From the NCBI GenBank assembly GCA_029882975.1, contig JAOUJW010000003.1, positions 67,090-131,089 on the forward strand: 64,000 nucleotides of DNA. Reading direction: 5' to 3'. This document shows, piece by piece, positions 17,788 through 27,365 of the stretch (position 1 is its first letter; the number at the start of each line of letters is the position of its first letter). The notes beneath the pieces were generated by a model. It saw only the letters and a program-made list of their open reading frames with translations. It was not told the DNA's origin and made no database searches. Both the position numbers and the translations under genes were made by a program. The stretch comes from Gammaproteobacteria bacterium (lineage in GTDB: Bacteria; Pseudomonadota; Gammaproteobacteria; SZUA-152).

Positions 17788-19158
17788 TCACTCATTGTGT
17801 TCCGCTACTTTGAACATGCCATTCTGGGTATAGGCCGGACGTAATTGCCGTGGGTCCAATTTAGCGGCACTGTCCAGGCCCCGGCGTAGACTGGAACACT
17901 GTTGGGATTCTACCGCATTAAGATTGCGGGTTACGCGTACGGCTTTGACTAAAAACTGGCCGTGTTCATTGCTAAGTACCGTACCGTCTTTAAGGTGAAA
18001 ATGGGCATCTTCCTCGTCATCCCAGGGCAGACCCCATAGACGGCCTTCTCCATAATAACTCAATGTGTGGCGGGAACCGTGGTGCGGATTACCGGCAGCG
18101 CTCGTATTGGTGCGATCATTGTCTGCACTGTGGGTGTAACGAAAAATGAGCGGGTAGTGTTCATGGACAGCGACACTCTGGCCTTGCCGTACCGGGTAGG
18201 GTTCCGCCTGTTCGTAAGGGCGGTAGTTGCCATCTTCGGCGTGATACAGTTTGTACAGCACTTTGGTGTCGCTGCCGTCGCGGTTGCTGAAGCATATACC
18301 GGTTTCCGGGGTTCGGTTACCACGACTCAGGATGTGATTGCGGTTAAAACTTTGGATGGAGTCCAGTTCTTCCGGTAATCCCATGTAGTCGTACTGTAGG
18401 ACCGAGCGGCTGATTCCTGACTCGCCTTTAACACCGTTGAGCAAAACCACGGAACGGGCATGGTAAGTGTAAGGAGTATTGCGGCCGAAGCTGGAGCTGA
18501 GTTCCAAACGGTTTTGGCCGTGGGTATCTTTGCGTACGCGAACGTAGCCGATACCGTACTCCCTGGGGTCGCCAATATTCCCGCCGTAGAGTCCGTCATC
18601 TACTGTGATTTCATAGCTCATGCTGAAAATACCGTAGGGACTGTCGGCGTTGGCACTTTGTTCTATTTTTATTTGAGCCGCCAGCGAGGCATTGACTGCC
18701 TGTGGATGACTCAGATTCAGATCCGATTGCGGTAACTCAGTTCTTAGGCTGACATATTGGGCGGTTGCGGCGCTATTACGTTTGGACTCTATTTTAACGT
18801 TGAGATTGTTGGCCTGTAATTCCTCACCCATGCGACAGTTGCCCGTGGCAACAACACGCTGGTAAGGTCCTTTGTTGATGTTTTTATCAGCTTGGGTTTG
18901 GTGCAGTAAACAAAGCACCAGATTCACCGTATCCAGGTTCGGTGCCGGACCGTCAGTACTCAGTTCGGTCGATGTATAGTGGAGCAGTTTGTCGCTGTGG
19001 TATTCGCTTGTGGCACTATCAACGCTGTCGCTGGATGCCGCCGTAGATTGCAGCGGAGAAATGTGTAACGGTAACGCCAGTCCGTCTAATTGGGTAACGG
19101 TTTGGCTGGAGCAGGCAGACAATAACAGCGATGAAAGTAGGAGTGGTTTTTTATACAT
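17788..19158 (-). CDS. Hypothetical lipoprotein
   Basis: 456 aa ORF with an LSAC lipobox; no catalytic motif recognised. Confidence 0.7.
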   Translation of the reverse strand: MYKKPLLLSSLLLSACSSQTVTQLDGLALPLHISPLQSTAASSDSVDSATSEYHSDKLLHYTSTELSTDGPAPNLDTVNLVLCLLHQTQADKNINKGPYQRVVATGNCRMGEELQANNLNVKIESKRNSAATAQYVSLRTELPQSDLNLSHPQAVNASLAAQIKIEQSANADSPYGIFSMSYEITVDDGLYGGNIGDPREYGIGYVRVRKDTHGQNRLELSSSFGRNTPYTYHARSVVLLNGVKGESGISRSVLQYDYMGLPEELDSIQSFNRNHILSRGNRTPETGICFSNRDGSDTKVLYKLYHAEDGNYRPYEQAEPYPVRQGQSVAVHEHYPLIFRYTHSADNDRTNTSAAGNPHHGSRHTLSYYGEGRLWGLPWDDEEDAHFHLKDGTVLSNEHGQFLVKAVRVTRNLNAVESQQCSSLRRGLDSAAKLDPRQLRPAYTQNGMFKVAEHNE

Positions 19159-19535
19159 AGTTACGCACCTGTGTAAATAGTTGCCTCTGATTTAAAACTT
19201 GGTTTTGAATCTACGTGTCTTAAAAATTAGCAGACAGCTAAGAATTGGGAAATAAGCTAAACGTCCTAAGCTGTACTGACGCCTTAGTCCATTGGGATTA
19301 GGTAGATAGGGTTTTTACTCTCCAGACTGAATGCTTGCTGAACCGGTGTTGAAGAATATGTGCATGGTGGTGGTGGGGAAGGCTCCGATTTTTGTGGCCG
19401 TGAGGGCCAAAGACGGGTTAACGTAATGGGTGTATCGTTACGACACTGTGTTTAATATTGCAGGATTTGCCTGACGACTGTGGATATTAAGGTGCCAGGT
19501 GCCTGTTGGGGTATGACCGGGTAACTTTTGTTGAA

Positions 19536-19811
19536 TCAGTGCAATTTTTTTACCCCGGTCCAGCGTTTTTCTCCGGGATGCGCTGCGGCCACATGTTTCT
19601 CGGAAGCTTGCAAAGCATCTTCCCAGCTTTTGGCACAAGCACCCAGCCACGTGGTTTTACCGTGAACGCTGTGGGTGCAAAGGGGGTAATAGGGCTTATC
19701 ACCTGGACAATTTTGAGTTTGTGCCGGAACTGGGCGGTCACAGGCGCTCAAACCAAGCAGGAAAAAGCCGCCCATGACGACATAGATTTTCTTTGTTGTG
19801 ACGATACTCAT
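19536..19811 (-). CDS. Small Cys/His-containing lipoprotein
   Basis: LSAC lipobox; AGGGA RBS; three further Cys and several His. Confidence 0.6.
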   Translation of the reverse strand: MSIVTTKKIYVVMGGFFLLGLSACDRPVPAQTQNCPGDKPYYPLCTHSVHGKTTWLGACAKSWEDALQASEKHVAAAHPGEKRWTGVKKLH

Positions 19812-20066
19812 TTTCGGTGTTCCCTTGCAATGTCAAACTAAAAAGGACTTTCAACTGAGCGACCCGTTCGTCCATTAATCACGTTTCAGATAGTAGTCGT
19901 GTTTTACCTCGATGCCAATTGGATGTTGTGTGGTGTCGTTGTTGAGGGTCAAAACTCTGGCGCAATTAATGAATAATGAGACAAGATGCTTTATAACAGT
20001 TGCAACCCTGAATGGTTAGGTATTATACATTTTTGTGCGCGGGGAGCGATTCTATTATTTAAGTAT

Positions 20067-21539
20067 ATGAGGAATAAACGATTTATGTGGGTGTGCTTTG
20101 GTTTTTCCTGCTCTAAGTCCATCAGGATTTTTGGGAAACTGTCCCTGGTTTTGGCGCTATCACTTATGTTCCGCCCTGTCTGTGCCGGGGAGTTACCGCT
20201 GACGCTGTCGACCTTGTTGAAACAGAGCGGTTTCGCTACCGAGGGTATCGCAGTATACGTGCAAGCGGTGGATGACGATATGCCTTTTGTTGCGTTCCAA
20301 GAAGACACAGCCTTAAATCCAGCTTCGGTGGTGAAACTCGTTACCACGGCGGCCTCGCTAGGGATATTGGGCTCGGGTTACCGGTGGACCACAGAGGTCG
20401 CTTACACCGGTGCGCTGGAGCAGCAAACTTTAAAGGGCGATTTGTATTTTCGTGGCAACGGCGATCCTTATCTGACTCCGGAGCGTTTCTGGCGTTTGCT
20501 GAATCGAGTTTCCTTTTATGGTATTCGCAATATTGCCGGAAACGTGTACGTGGACAATTCTTATTTTTTACCCGGTCCGGTGGATTATGGAGCATTTGAT
20601 GGACAGCCTTACCGCACATATAACGTGGGGCCGTCCGCGTTGCTGGTCGGGTTTCAAGCAACGGAATTTCATTTTTCCGTGACGCAGGGGCAGGTCACCA
20701 TTCAGGCATTTCCCGCTTCGCCTAAGCTTCGAATTGTTAACAATGTCAAAATGTCACGTGGAGGCTGTGGAGCCTGGCAAAAACGATTACAGCTGGACAC
20801 GGAGTCTGCGGGGGAAGAGCTTCGCGTGATTTTTTCGGGAAAGTACCCGAAAGCTTGTGACAAAAAAACGTTCTATAGACGCGTGAGCGATGCGGGTGAT
20901 CACTTTCAACACTATTTTGTACCCATTTGGCAGCAGTTGGGTGGTTCTTTAACCGGGTCAGTTAAAGCGTCCACTTTGCCGGAGGGGGCAACGCTGGCAT
21001 TGCAAGAACCTTCCATTTCCCTCTCCGAAGCGATAAGAATGATTAACAAATACAGCAACAATGTCATGACCCGGCAGTTATTGCTATCTCTTGGGGCTGA
21101 AGTGTATGGGCAGCCCGGAACCGCAGAGAAAGGGGTCGCTGCAGTGGAGCAGTGGTTGCAACAACAAAACCTCAAGGACGATGTACTACAGTTGGATAAC
21201 GGTGCGGGCTTGTCGAGAAATACCCGAGTTAGTGCGGCGATGCTGGGTAAGTTGCTGAGATATACTTATCACCAGGCTTATATGCCGGAGTTTATCGCCT
21301 CGTTACCTGTATCCGGCCATGACGGTACCATGGCCTCGCGGTTCAAAGGAGATGAGATCCAAGGGCACGCACACATTAAAACCGGGTTGCTTAACTTCGT
21401 TCAAACTATGGCCGGTTATGTAACAACGCCTAAAGGGCAGCGTTATGTGGTGGTTTTACTACAAAATCATCCCAAGGCCCACACTGCAAAAGGGCAACAA
21501 TTGCAGGATGAAGTGATCCGATGGGTATATAGCTTATAA
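20067..21539 (+). CDS. dacB: D-alanyl-D-alanine carboxypeptidase/endopeptidase PBP4 (peptidase S13)
   Basis: PASVVK (SxxK), SNN (SxN) and KTG motifs; GNGDP; start uncertain. Confidence 0.93.
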   Translation: MRNKRFMWVCFGFSCSKSIRIFGKLSLVLALSLMFRPVCAGELPLTLSTLLKQSGFATEGIAVYVQAVDDDMPFVAFQEDTALNPASVVKLVTTAASLGILGSGYRWTTEVAYTGALEQQTLKGDLYFRGNGDPYLTPERFWRLLNRVSFYGIRNIAGNVYVDNSYFLPGPVDYGAFDGQPYRTYNVGPSALLVGFQATEFHFSVTQGQVTIQAFPASPKLRIVNNVKMSRGGCGAWQKRLQLDTESAGEELRVIFSGKYPKACDKKTFYRRVSDAGDHFQHYFVPIWQQLGGSLTGSVKASTLPEGATLALQEPSISLSEAIRMINKYSNNVMTRQLLLSLGAEVYGQPGTAEKGVAAVEQWLQQQNLKDDVLQLDNGAGLSRNTRVSAAMLGKLLRYTYHQAYMPEFIASLPVSGHDGTMASRFKGDEIQGHAHIKTGLLNFVQTMAGYVTTPKGQRYVVVLLQNHPKAHTAKGQQLQDEVIRWVYSL

Positions 21540-21574
21540 GTGCTGACTCAAGGAGCGTAAGTTGGTGCGATAGT

Positions 21575-22744
21575 ATGAATGAAGAGAATCAGAATATGGG
21601 TAAGGTGACTGCTCCGGAACCTAAACGGGCACTGGTGCTCATGGGGGGAGGTGCGCGTGCCGCTTATCAGGTAGGCGTGCTCAAAGCGCTGGTTGAACTA
21701 CTGCCCAAGAATACACCCAATCCATTCCCCGTGATCACCGGAACTTCCGCCGGTGCTATCAACGCTGTAGCCATAGCGGTTTACGGCGCACGTTTGCAAG
21801 AGGCGGTGGCGCGGTTGCACCGAATTTGGCATAACTTCCGTGTATACCATGTATTCAAAGCAGATGTGTGGGGTATCACAGTATCCGGGTTTCACTGGAT
21901 TATTAGTGTGTTGTTGGTGGGGTTGGGGAAATACAATCCGGTATGCTTTCTGGATCGAGCACCTTTACGCAAACTGTTGCAGCGATATTTGCCCTGTGAA
22001 AACATACAAAAATCCTTGGATGAAGGTATTTTGGAATCTCTGTGTATCTCAGCTTCTTCGTATACTACAGGACGCTCAGTTGTGTTTTATCACAGTAAAT
22101 ATACGGTGGTTCCGTGGAATCGGGCGCGACGAGTGGGTGTGCCGGAGCATATAACTTTAGACCACCTCATGGCCTCGTCAGCCATCCCTTTTGTTTTTTC
22201 AGCCGTGAAATTGGGGCAGGACTATTACGGTGATGGTTCCATGAGACAGACGGCACCTATCAGTCCGGCAATTCACATGGGAGCGAACAAGGTGTTGGTG
22301 ATAGAGGTGAGTGCCGAGCCCAAGTCCTACGGCGTCCCGGATCACGCTCAAGGTTATCCTACCTTAGCCCAAGTCGGCGGGCACATTCTCAACAGTATTT
22401 TCATTGACGGCTTGGAATCGGATCTGGAGCGATTGCGGCGCATCAACAAGACCTTGGATATCATTCCCTCGCACCATCTGGTGGAACACAATATTTCTTT
22501 GCGTCATGTGGATGTATTGGTGGTATCTCCCAGCCAGGATTTACAGGAAATCTCCATGCGTCATGTGCAGGCCCTGCCCCGAATTGTACGGTTTCTGCTG
22601 AAAGGAATTGGGGCTTTGGATAGCAAAGGCAGCAGTCTGGTGAGTTATCTTTTGTTTGAAAAAAGTTTTTGCCGTGAGGTGATAGCCCTGGGCTATGAAG
22701 ACGCAATGGCGCGAAAAGAAGAATTGCTGAACTTTTTGTCGTAA
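21575..22744 (+). CDS. Patatin-like phospholipase
   Basis: GGGARA oxyanion motif, GTSAG nucleophile elbow and DGS. Confidence 0.92.
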   Translation: MNEENQNMGKVTAPEPKRALVLMGGGARAAYQVGVLKALVELLPKNTPNPFPVITGTSAGAINAVAIAVYGARLQEAVARLHRIWHNFRVYHVFKADVWGITVSGFHWIISVLLVGLGKYNPVCFLDRAPLRKLLQRYLPCENIQKSLDEGILESLCISASSYTTGRSVVFYHSKYTVVPWNRARRVGVPEHITLDHLMASSAIPFVFSAVKLGQDYYGDGSMRQTAPISPAIHMGANKVLVIEVSAEPKSYGVPDHAQGYPTLAQVGGHILNSIFIDGLESDLERLRRINKTLDIIPSHHLVEHNISLRHVDVLVVSPSQDLQEISMRHVQALPRIVRFLLKGIGALDSKGSSLVSYLLFEKSFCREVIALGYEDAMARKEELLNFLS

Positions 22745-22776
22745 GCTATGGGTTTACCTTATCAGGAGGCATTGTG

Positions 22777-23157
22777 ATGCCCTTTATTCACATTAAAAGC
22801 CTGCCGTACGCACAACCCAAACCCATGCATGCTATTTTGCCGGCTTTATGTCGGGATTTTTCCCAAGCGCTGGCCATACCATTGGAGCACGTGCATGCCA
22901 CTTGGGAATATTTCCAAGCCGGACATTTTTGCAAAGGAGATGATGCGCCTTTGCTGCAGCCGGACTCGCCGCATTCGGTATTGGTGGATTTGTTGACCCC
23001 GGATTTTAATGATGCCGATACGGTGGTGCGCATGTTAAGCAGTATAGCTCATAGTTTGGAGCGTCATGCAGCCGTACCATTGAATAAAATTTTTATAATT
23101 CACCGCGAGGCCGCGTCGGGCAGTGTGTTTGATGATGGCGTAATTGCGAGTTGGTAA
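22777..23157 (+). CDS. Hypothetical protein, possibly tautomerase/MIF-like
   Basis: AGGAGG RBS; mature N-terminal Pro (MPFIHIKS); 126 aa. Confidence 0.55.
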   Translation: MPFIHIKSLPYAQPKPMHAILPALCRDFSQALAIPLEHVHATWEYFQAGHFCKGDDAPLLQPDSPHSVLVDLLTPDFNDADTVVRMLSSIAHSLERHAAVPLNKIFIIHREAASGSVFDDGVIASW

Positions 23158-23204
23158 AACAATGTGCAGTGGGTTTTAGTTGATCGGAAAATCCGTAAAT
23201 ATAT

Positions 23205-23230
23205 AAAAGCCCGGTAACAACCGGGCTTGT
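23205..23230. terminator. Bidirectional terminator between convergent genes
   Basis: AAGCCCGGT-aaca-ACCGGGCTT perfect 9 bp stem. Confidence 0.7.
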
Positions 23231-23249
23231 TGGTTTAGATAGGTCTGGC

Positions 23250-24851
23250 TCAGGAGACCTTGAAATGAGATACCAGGTTCATCAAGTCTTGTGACAGACT
23301 GGCTACCTGTTCTGCAGAACGGGCGGTATGTTGAATGGCGCTGGTAACCCTCTCAGCCGCTTGATTGATATTTACCACATTTTTGTTGATTTCGTCCGCC
23401 ACAGAGGACTGTTCCTCGGTGGCGGTAGAGATCTGAATGTTCATATCGCTGATGTTGGTGATCATGTCAGTGATGGTGTTCAAGGACTGTTCCGATTGAT
23501 TAGCCTGATGCACGCTCTTATCCGTAATGGTTTGGCTGGATTCCATGGAGCTCACCGCATTTAAGGCATCGGATTGAAGTTTTTCAATCATACCCTGAAT
23601 TTCCTGGGTGGATTGTTGGGTCCGGGTGGCCAGAGTGCGAACTTCATCGGCTACCACTGCAAAGCCTCGGCCTTGTTCGCCGGCACGGGCCGCTTCGATA
23701 GCCGCGTTCAATGCCAGCAGATTGGTTTGTTCAGCGATGCCTTTGATAACGTCCAGCACGCTGCCAATATTATCCGTTTCAGCTTTAACTTGGCTGATAA
23801 TAACGGAAGTCTGGTTCATTTCCTGTGCCAGCAGATTGATTTGTGAGCGAGTTTGAGACACCACTTGCTTGCCACTATTGGTTTCCTGGTCAGCTTTTTG
23901 AGCGGACTCGGCGGCGATGGAGGCGTTATTGGCCACTTCAGCAATAGTTGCGGTCATTTCGTTTACAGCGGTGGCTACCATGGTGGTTTCGTTTTGTTGT
24001 TCTTCCACTGTGTATTTAACCTGATCGGCCATATTGGCCAGTTCGCTGGCTGTTTGGCTTACTTGTTGACTGGTGCGAGAAATGCTTTCAATAATTACCC
24101 GAATTTTTGCGACAAAGGAGTTGAAATGGGTTGCCAGGTTAGCCAGTTCATCGTTACCGTGTACCGGTAGCTGAGCGGTTAAATCACCGTCCACTTCGGC
24201 GATTTGACGTAGTTGTTTGGCGGCATTGGCAATAGGGGCGGCGACATACTTGGTGCTGAACAAGGAAATGCCGGCGGCAACCAACAGGCCGATGATAGTC
24301 ACCAGAGCCATAGAGACAAATACGATATTAGTGGTTTCATTGATTTTTTTCTGCTGATTTTCAATAGTGCCGTCACCCAGTTCTTCCACACGTTCCATTA
24401 ATTCCAATAAATGCTGGGATTTGTTGTAATAGTCTCGGTGTGCGCTGCTCACATCGCCGTTAGCGGTTAGCACTTGAAGTAACTGCTCTGCCGATAGATG
24501 ATACTGGTTCATGGCGCTGTGCAGTTCGGCTATGGAGTTAGCATTGATCAGGCCGGAGCTTTCCATGGATTTCACGGCTTCCAGGGTAAACGTTTTGGCG
24601 TTTTTGAGTTCGCCAAGCAGGGGGGCATTCATACCTTGGGTTTCCATTTGGTTCACCAGGAGCATTTGTTTTTGGATGCCTATTGTGGTTTCCATGGCGC
24701 CATCAGCAGCAGACCAGGCTTGGTTTGTAATATAGTCGACGATATTGACCAGTTTATTGGCGCCGTAAAATCCCACGCCGCAGGCGGCCAGCATAAGCAG
24801 GGTCAAGGTGGCCACGCCAATGTTAATTTTGTTGCCGATCGATAATTTCAT
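23250..24851 (-). CDS. Methyl-accepting chemotaxis protein
   Basis: Two TM segments, HAMP and hairpin tip [34 protein letters not shown]. Confidence 0.95.
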   Translation of the reverse strand: MKLSIGNKINIGVATLTLLMLAACGVGFYGANKLVNIVDYITNQAWSAADGAMETTIGIQKQMLLVNQMETQGMNAPLLGELKNAKTFTLEAVKSMESSGLINANSIAELHSAMNQYHLSAEQLLQVLTANGDVSSAHRDYYNKSQHLLELMERVEELGDGTIENQQKKINETTNIVFVSMALVTIIGLLVAAGISLFSTKYVAAPIANAAKQLRQIAEVDGDLTAQLPVHGNDELANLATHFNSFVAKIRVIIESISRTSQQVSQTASELANMADQVKYTVEEQQNETTMVATAVNEMTATIAEVANNASIAAESAQKADQETNSGKQVVSQTRSQINLLAQEMNQTSVIISQVKAETDNIGSVLDVIKGIAEQTNLLALNAAIEAARAGEQGRGFAVVADEVRTLATRTQQSTQEIQGMIEKLQSDALNAVSSMESSQTITDKSVHQANQSEQSLNTITDMITNISDMNIQISTATEEQSSVADEINKNVVNINQAAERVTSAIQHTARSAEQVASLSQDLMNLVSHFKVS

Positions 24852-25146
24852 GGGTATCCCTTTGTTTCACGTTACCAATACATAAGTTTGGGTTCATCAG
24901 CATCGGTAAATAAGCCGTCCAGGCTGCTAAACCGCTCCTTGCCTCATGTCATACCAGCATATTTTGTGGATAGGCAATGCGTTGATAGACGATGGGTCTT
25001 GGAATTCTAAAACCCTATCGTCAAATTGGCCGGTGGGGCTTAGAATGTAATGTTGCAGTAATGTGAATTCTCAGGCAGGAAGGCTGATGCAATGCCACTC
25101 CGGCTGGGGTAAAATGCGCCGGTCGAGAATTCAGTAGGAGAATCAG

Positions 25147-25635
25147 GTGATTAAAGCAGACAGTGTGGTTACATTTCACTATCGGGTGAGCGATGCCGAT
25201 GGGGCACTTTTGGAAGAGTCTTATGGTGGAGATCCCTTGGCCTATTTACACGGTCATAACGGTATGTTGCCCGCCTTGGAGTCTGCGCTGGAGGGCAAGA
25301 GTGTGGGGGATGAGTTTGAGGTAACATTGGATCCAGAGCAGGCATATGGGCAGCGGAGGGAGGATTCGGTGCAGAGAATCTCGCCTAAACACGTTGTTCC
25401 GGCGTCACGCAAAAGCAAATACACACCGGGGATGCTGATTCAGGTTAACACGGCCGAAGGGCCTCGTGATGTGATTGTGGTGAAGGCCGGGCTTAAAACG
25501 CTTGATGTGGATACCAATCATCCCTTTGCCGGTAAAACCCTGACTTTTGCAGTTAAAATTGAAACGGTCCGTGAGGCAACTGAAGAAGAACTTGCCCACG
25601 GTCATGCGCATGGTGTGGGCGGACATCACCACTGA
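25147..25635 (+). CDS. slyD: FKBP-type peptidyl-prolyl isomerase SlyD
   Basis: PL.YLHG, PEQAYG, D.NHP.AG and His-rich tail (HGHAHGVGGHHH). Confidence 0.92.
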   Translation: MIKADSVVTFHYRVSDADGALLEESYGGDPLAYLHGHNGMLPALESALEGKSVGDEFEVTLDPEQAYGQRREDSVQRISPKHVVPASRKSKYTPGMLIQVNTAEGPRDVIVVKAGLKTLDVDTNHPFAGKTLTFAVKIETVREATEEELAHGHAHGVGGHHH

Positions 25636-25673
25636 TATCACATAAGATCAATTTAGTAGGCAGGAGTTAAGTT

Positions 25674-26132
25674 TTGAAAACAGCCCTTTATTCAGTAGCT
25701 GCACTGGTGATTTTTGTGCTTCTTAGCCTGGCCGTTCTTTCCATGTTTTCGCGGCAGCAGCCTCTGCTGGGCTTGCGTAGCGGCAAATTATTGCCTTGTC
25801 CCGAAACCCCCAATTGCGTGTGCAGCGAGGCCGCAGGGTTGGCATCCTCTATTGCTCCCATCGCTGTCAATGCGGAACCTCAAGCGGCATTAGAACATTT
25901 GAAATCTGTATTAAAACAACAGGGTGGTGAGATTATCACCGAGTCGGAAAATTACTTGCGTCTGAGTTTCAGTACCCGTATTTTTCGTTTTGTGGATGAT
26001 TTAGAGCTGCGCTTGGATTTTCCTAATAAACTAATCCACGTTCGATCGGCATCTCGCGTAGGACACTCTGACTTGGACGCCAATCGCCTGCGGGTAGAAG
26101 CCATCCGGGCTGCATTCGAATCCAACAGCTAG
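25674..26132 (+). CDS. DUF1499 protein
   Basis: L.PCP.TPNCV.S, FVDDLE and RSASRVG.SD motifs. Confidence 0.88.
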   Translation: MKTALYSVAALVIFVLLSLAVLSMFSRQQPLLGLRSGKLLPCPETPNCVCSEAAGLASSIAPIAVNAEPQAALEHLKSVLKQQGGEIITESENYLRLSFSTRIFRFVDDLELRLDFPNKLIHVRSASRVGHSDLDANRLRVEAIRAAFESNS

Positions 26133-26139
26133 CCAAAGC

Positions 26140-26475
26140 CTAAGAGCGCTGTAACAGTTCTATAAGCTCCTCCAGCCGCCCCTCATCCACCAGGGCCAGC
26201 AATGGGGTGTTGCCCAGGGCGGCGTGTTGTCGCCGCATCCAGTTGATTTGACGTACATTATCTTGCGGAAACGTCTCTAGCAAGGCCTCAAAGAAAAGCA
26301 AAAATCGTTCGGCGCGATAGGCTGCATTGGAATTCTGTGCCAGAATTTGATCCAAGCTTGCCTCATCGGATACTTGGGGGCATTGCAATCCGAGAATACG
26401 GGCTAACTCTGCGCGATACAGGTCAAGATGGTCACAAGCCAAAAGCAAGCGGCTGATGGTGGATAGTGTTGCCAT
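26140..26475 (-). CDS. Xre/MbcA/ParS-type (DUF2384) antitoxin-like protein
   Basis: HTH-like AELARILG; C-terminal WMRRQHAALGNTPL. Start set at ATG 26475, not the long overlapping ORF. Confidence 0.65.
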   Translation of the reverse strand: MATLSTISRLLLACDHLDLYRAELARILGLQCPQVSDEASLDQILAQNSNAAYRAERFLLFFEALLETFPQDNVRQINWMRRQHAALGNTPLLALVDEGRLEELIELLQRS

Positions 26476-26602
26476 TGTTTTACAATTGTCCAACTGTGCC
26501 GACATTGAAAATTTCGTTTTAAAGATCGGTTCTAAGGCCGATGAATACATCACTATTATACCTGTAGCGGACTGATTCCCAATGAATCTTCTGTAAAAGA
26601 CA

Positions 26603-26995
26603 ATGGATGTATTTGAAAAAAAATATTCGGGTAGAGTGTTACTGGTTGATGACAGTAAAACCAATCGTATTGTCGGTGGTAAATACCTGGAGAAGCTGGG
26701 TTTGCAGGTGGATCTTGCAGAAGGCTGTGATGAAGCCATCAGCGCTTGCGAGCACAATCGCTACCATATCATATTCATGGACATCTACATGCCCGATACG
26801 GACGGTATAGCAACGGCTAAAATTATCCGTTCGCGACTTTTATCCTATTGCCCCATTATTGCTCTGACCGGACATGGTGCCGAAGCGCTGGCGGACGATC
26901 TGCTGCAGAGCAAAATGAATGGAGTTATCGAAAAGCCGGTGACTCCGCAAAAACTCATATTAGAGCTGGACAAGTATCTGCGCAAAGTATCCTGA
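26603..26995 (+). CDS. Single-domain response regulator receiver
   Basis: VLLVDD, IFMDIYMP.DG, IIALT and KP motifs. Confidence 0.9.
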   Translation: MDVFEKKYSGRVLLVDDSKTNRIVGGKYLEKLGLQVDLAEGCDEAISACEHNRYHIIFMDIYMPDTDGIATAKIIRSRLLSYCPIIALTGHGAEALADDLLQSKMNGVIEKPVTPQKLILELDKYLRKVS

Positions 26996-27365
26996 AGTTT
27001 TTTCACTTTTATTTTTAAGCTTTGTTTGATGATATCCTGAAAAATCTTTTGGTACCACAGAGATGTGGATGAGTCCTGGAATGGAAACGATTTCATGCGC
27101 TGGTATCGATTTTTTATAAGTGTTTCTTATATCCGTATATAATTTAGTTTTAATCTAGCCCCTTATTTTCCTTGCTAACTGTGGCCACTTTATTTTAGAG
27201 TGGATATGTTATGTGGTAACCAAGCAGCTCATAACCTTCGCTAATTGCGATATCACCACTAACAGCCATGGCTGTCCGACAGGAAGTCGCAACTGTTATT
27301 CAAAAAAAGAAACTGTTATCAGGAATTTAACAGTCATTCTCGAAACTTTATAGGTCGGGGGATTT

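Noticed and set aside
24988..25022. Imperfect palindrome centred on GAATTC upstream of the MCP
   Set aside because: Single instance with a bulge and mismatches; no function can be supported.
26476..26757. N-terminal half of the 205 aa minus-strand ORF
   Set aside because: It is the antisense shadow of the receiver gene and its promoter region; only the last 111 aa look like a protein.
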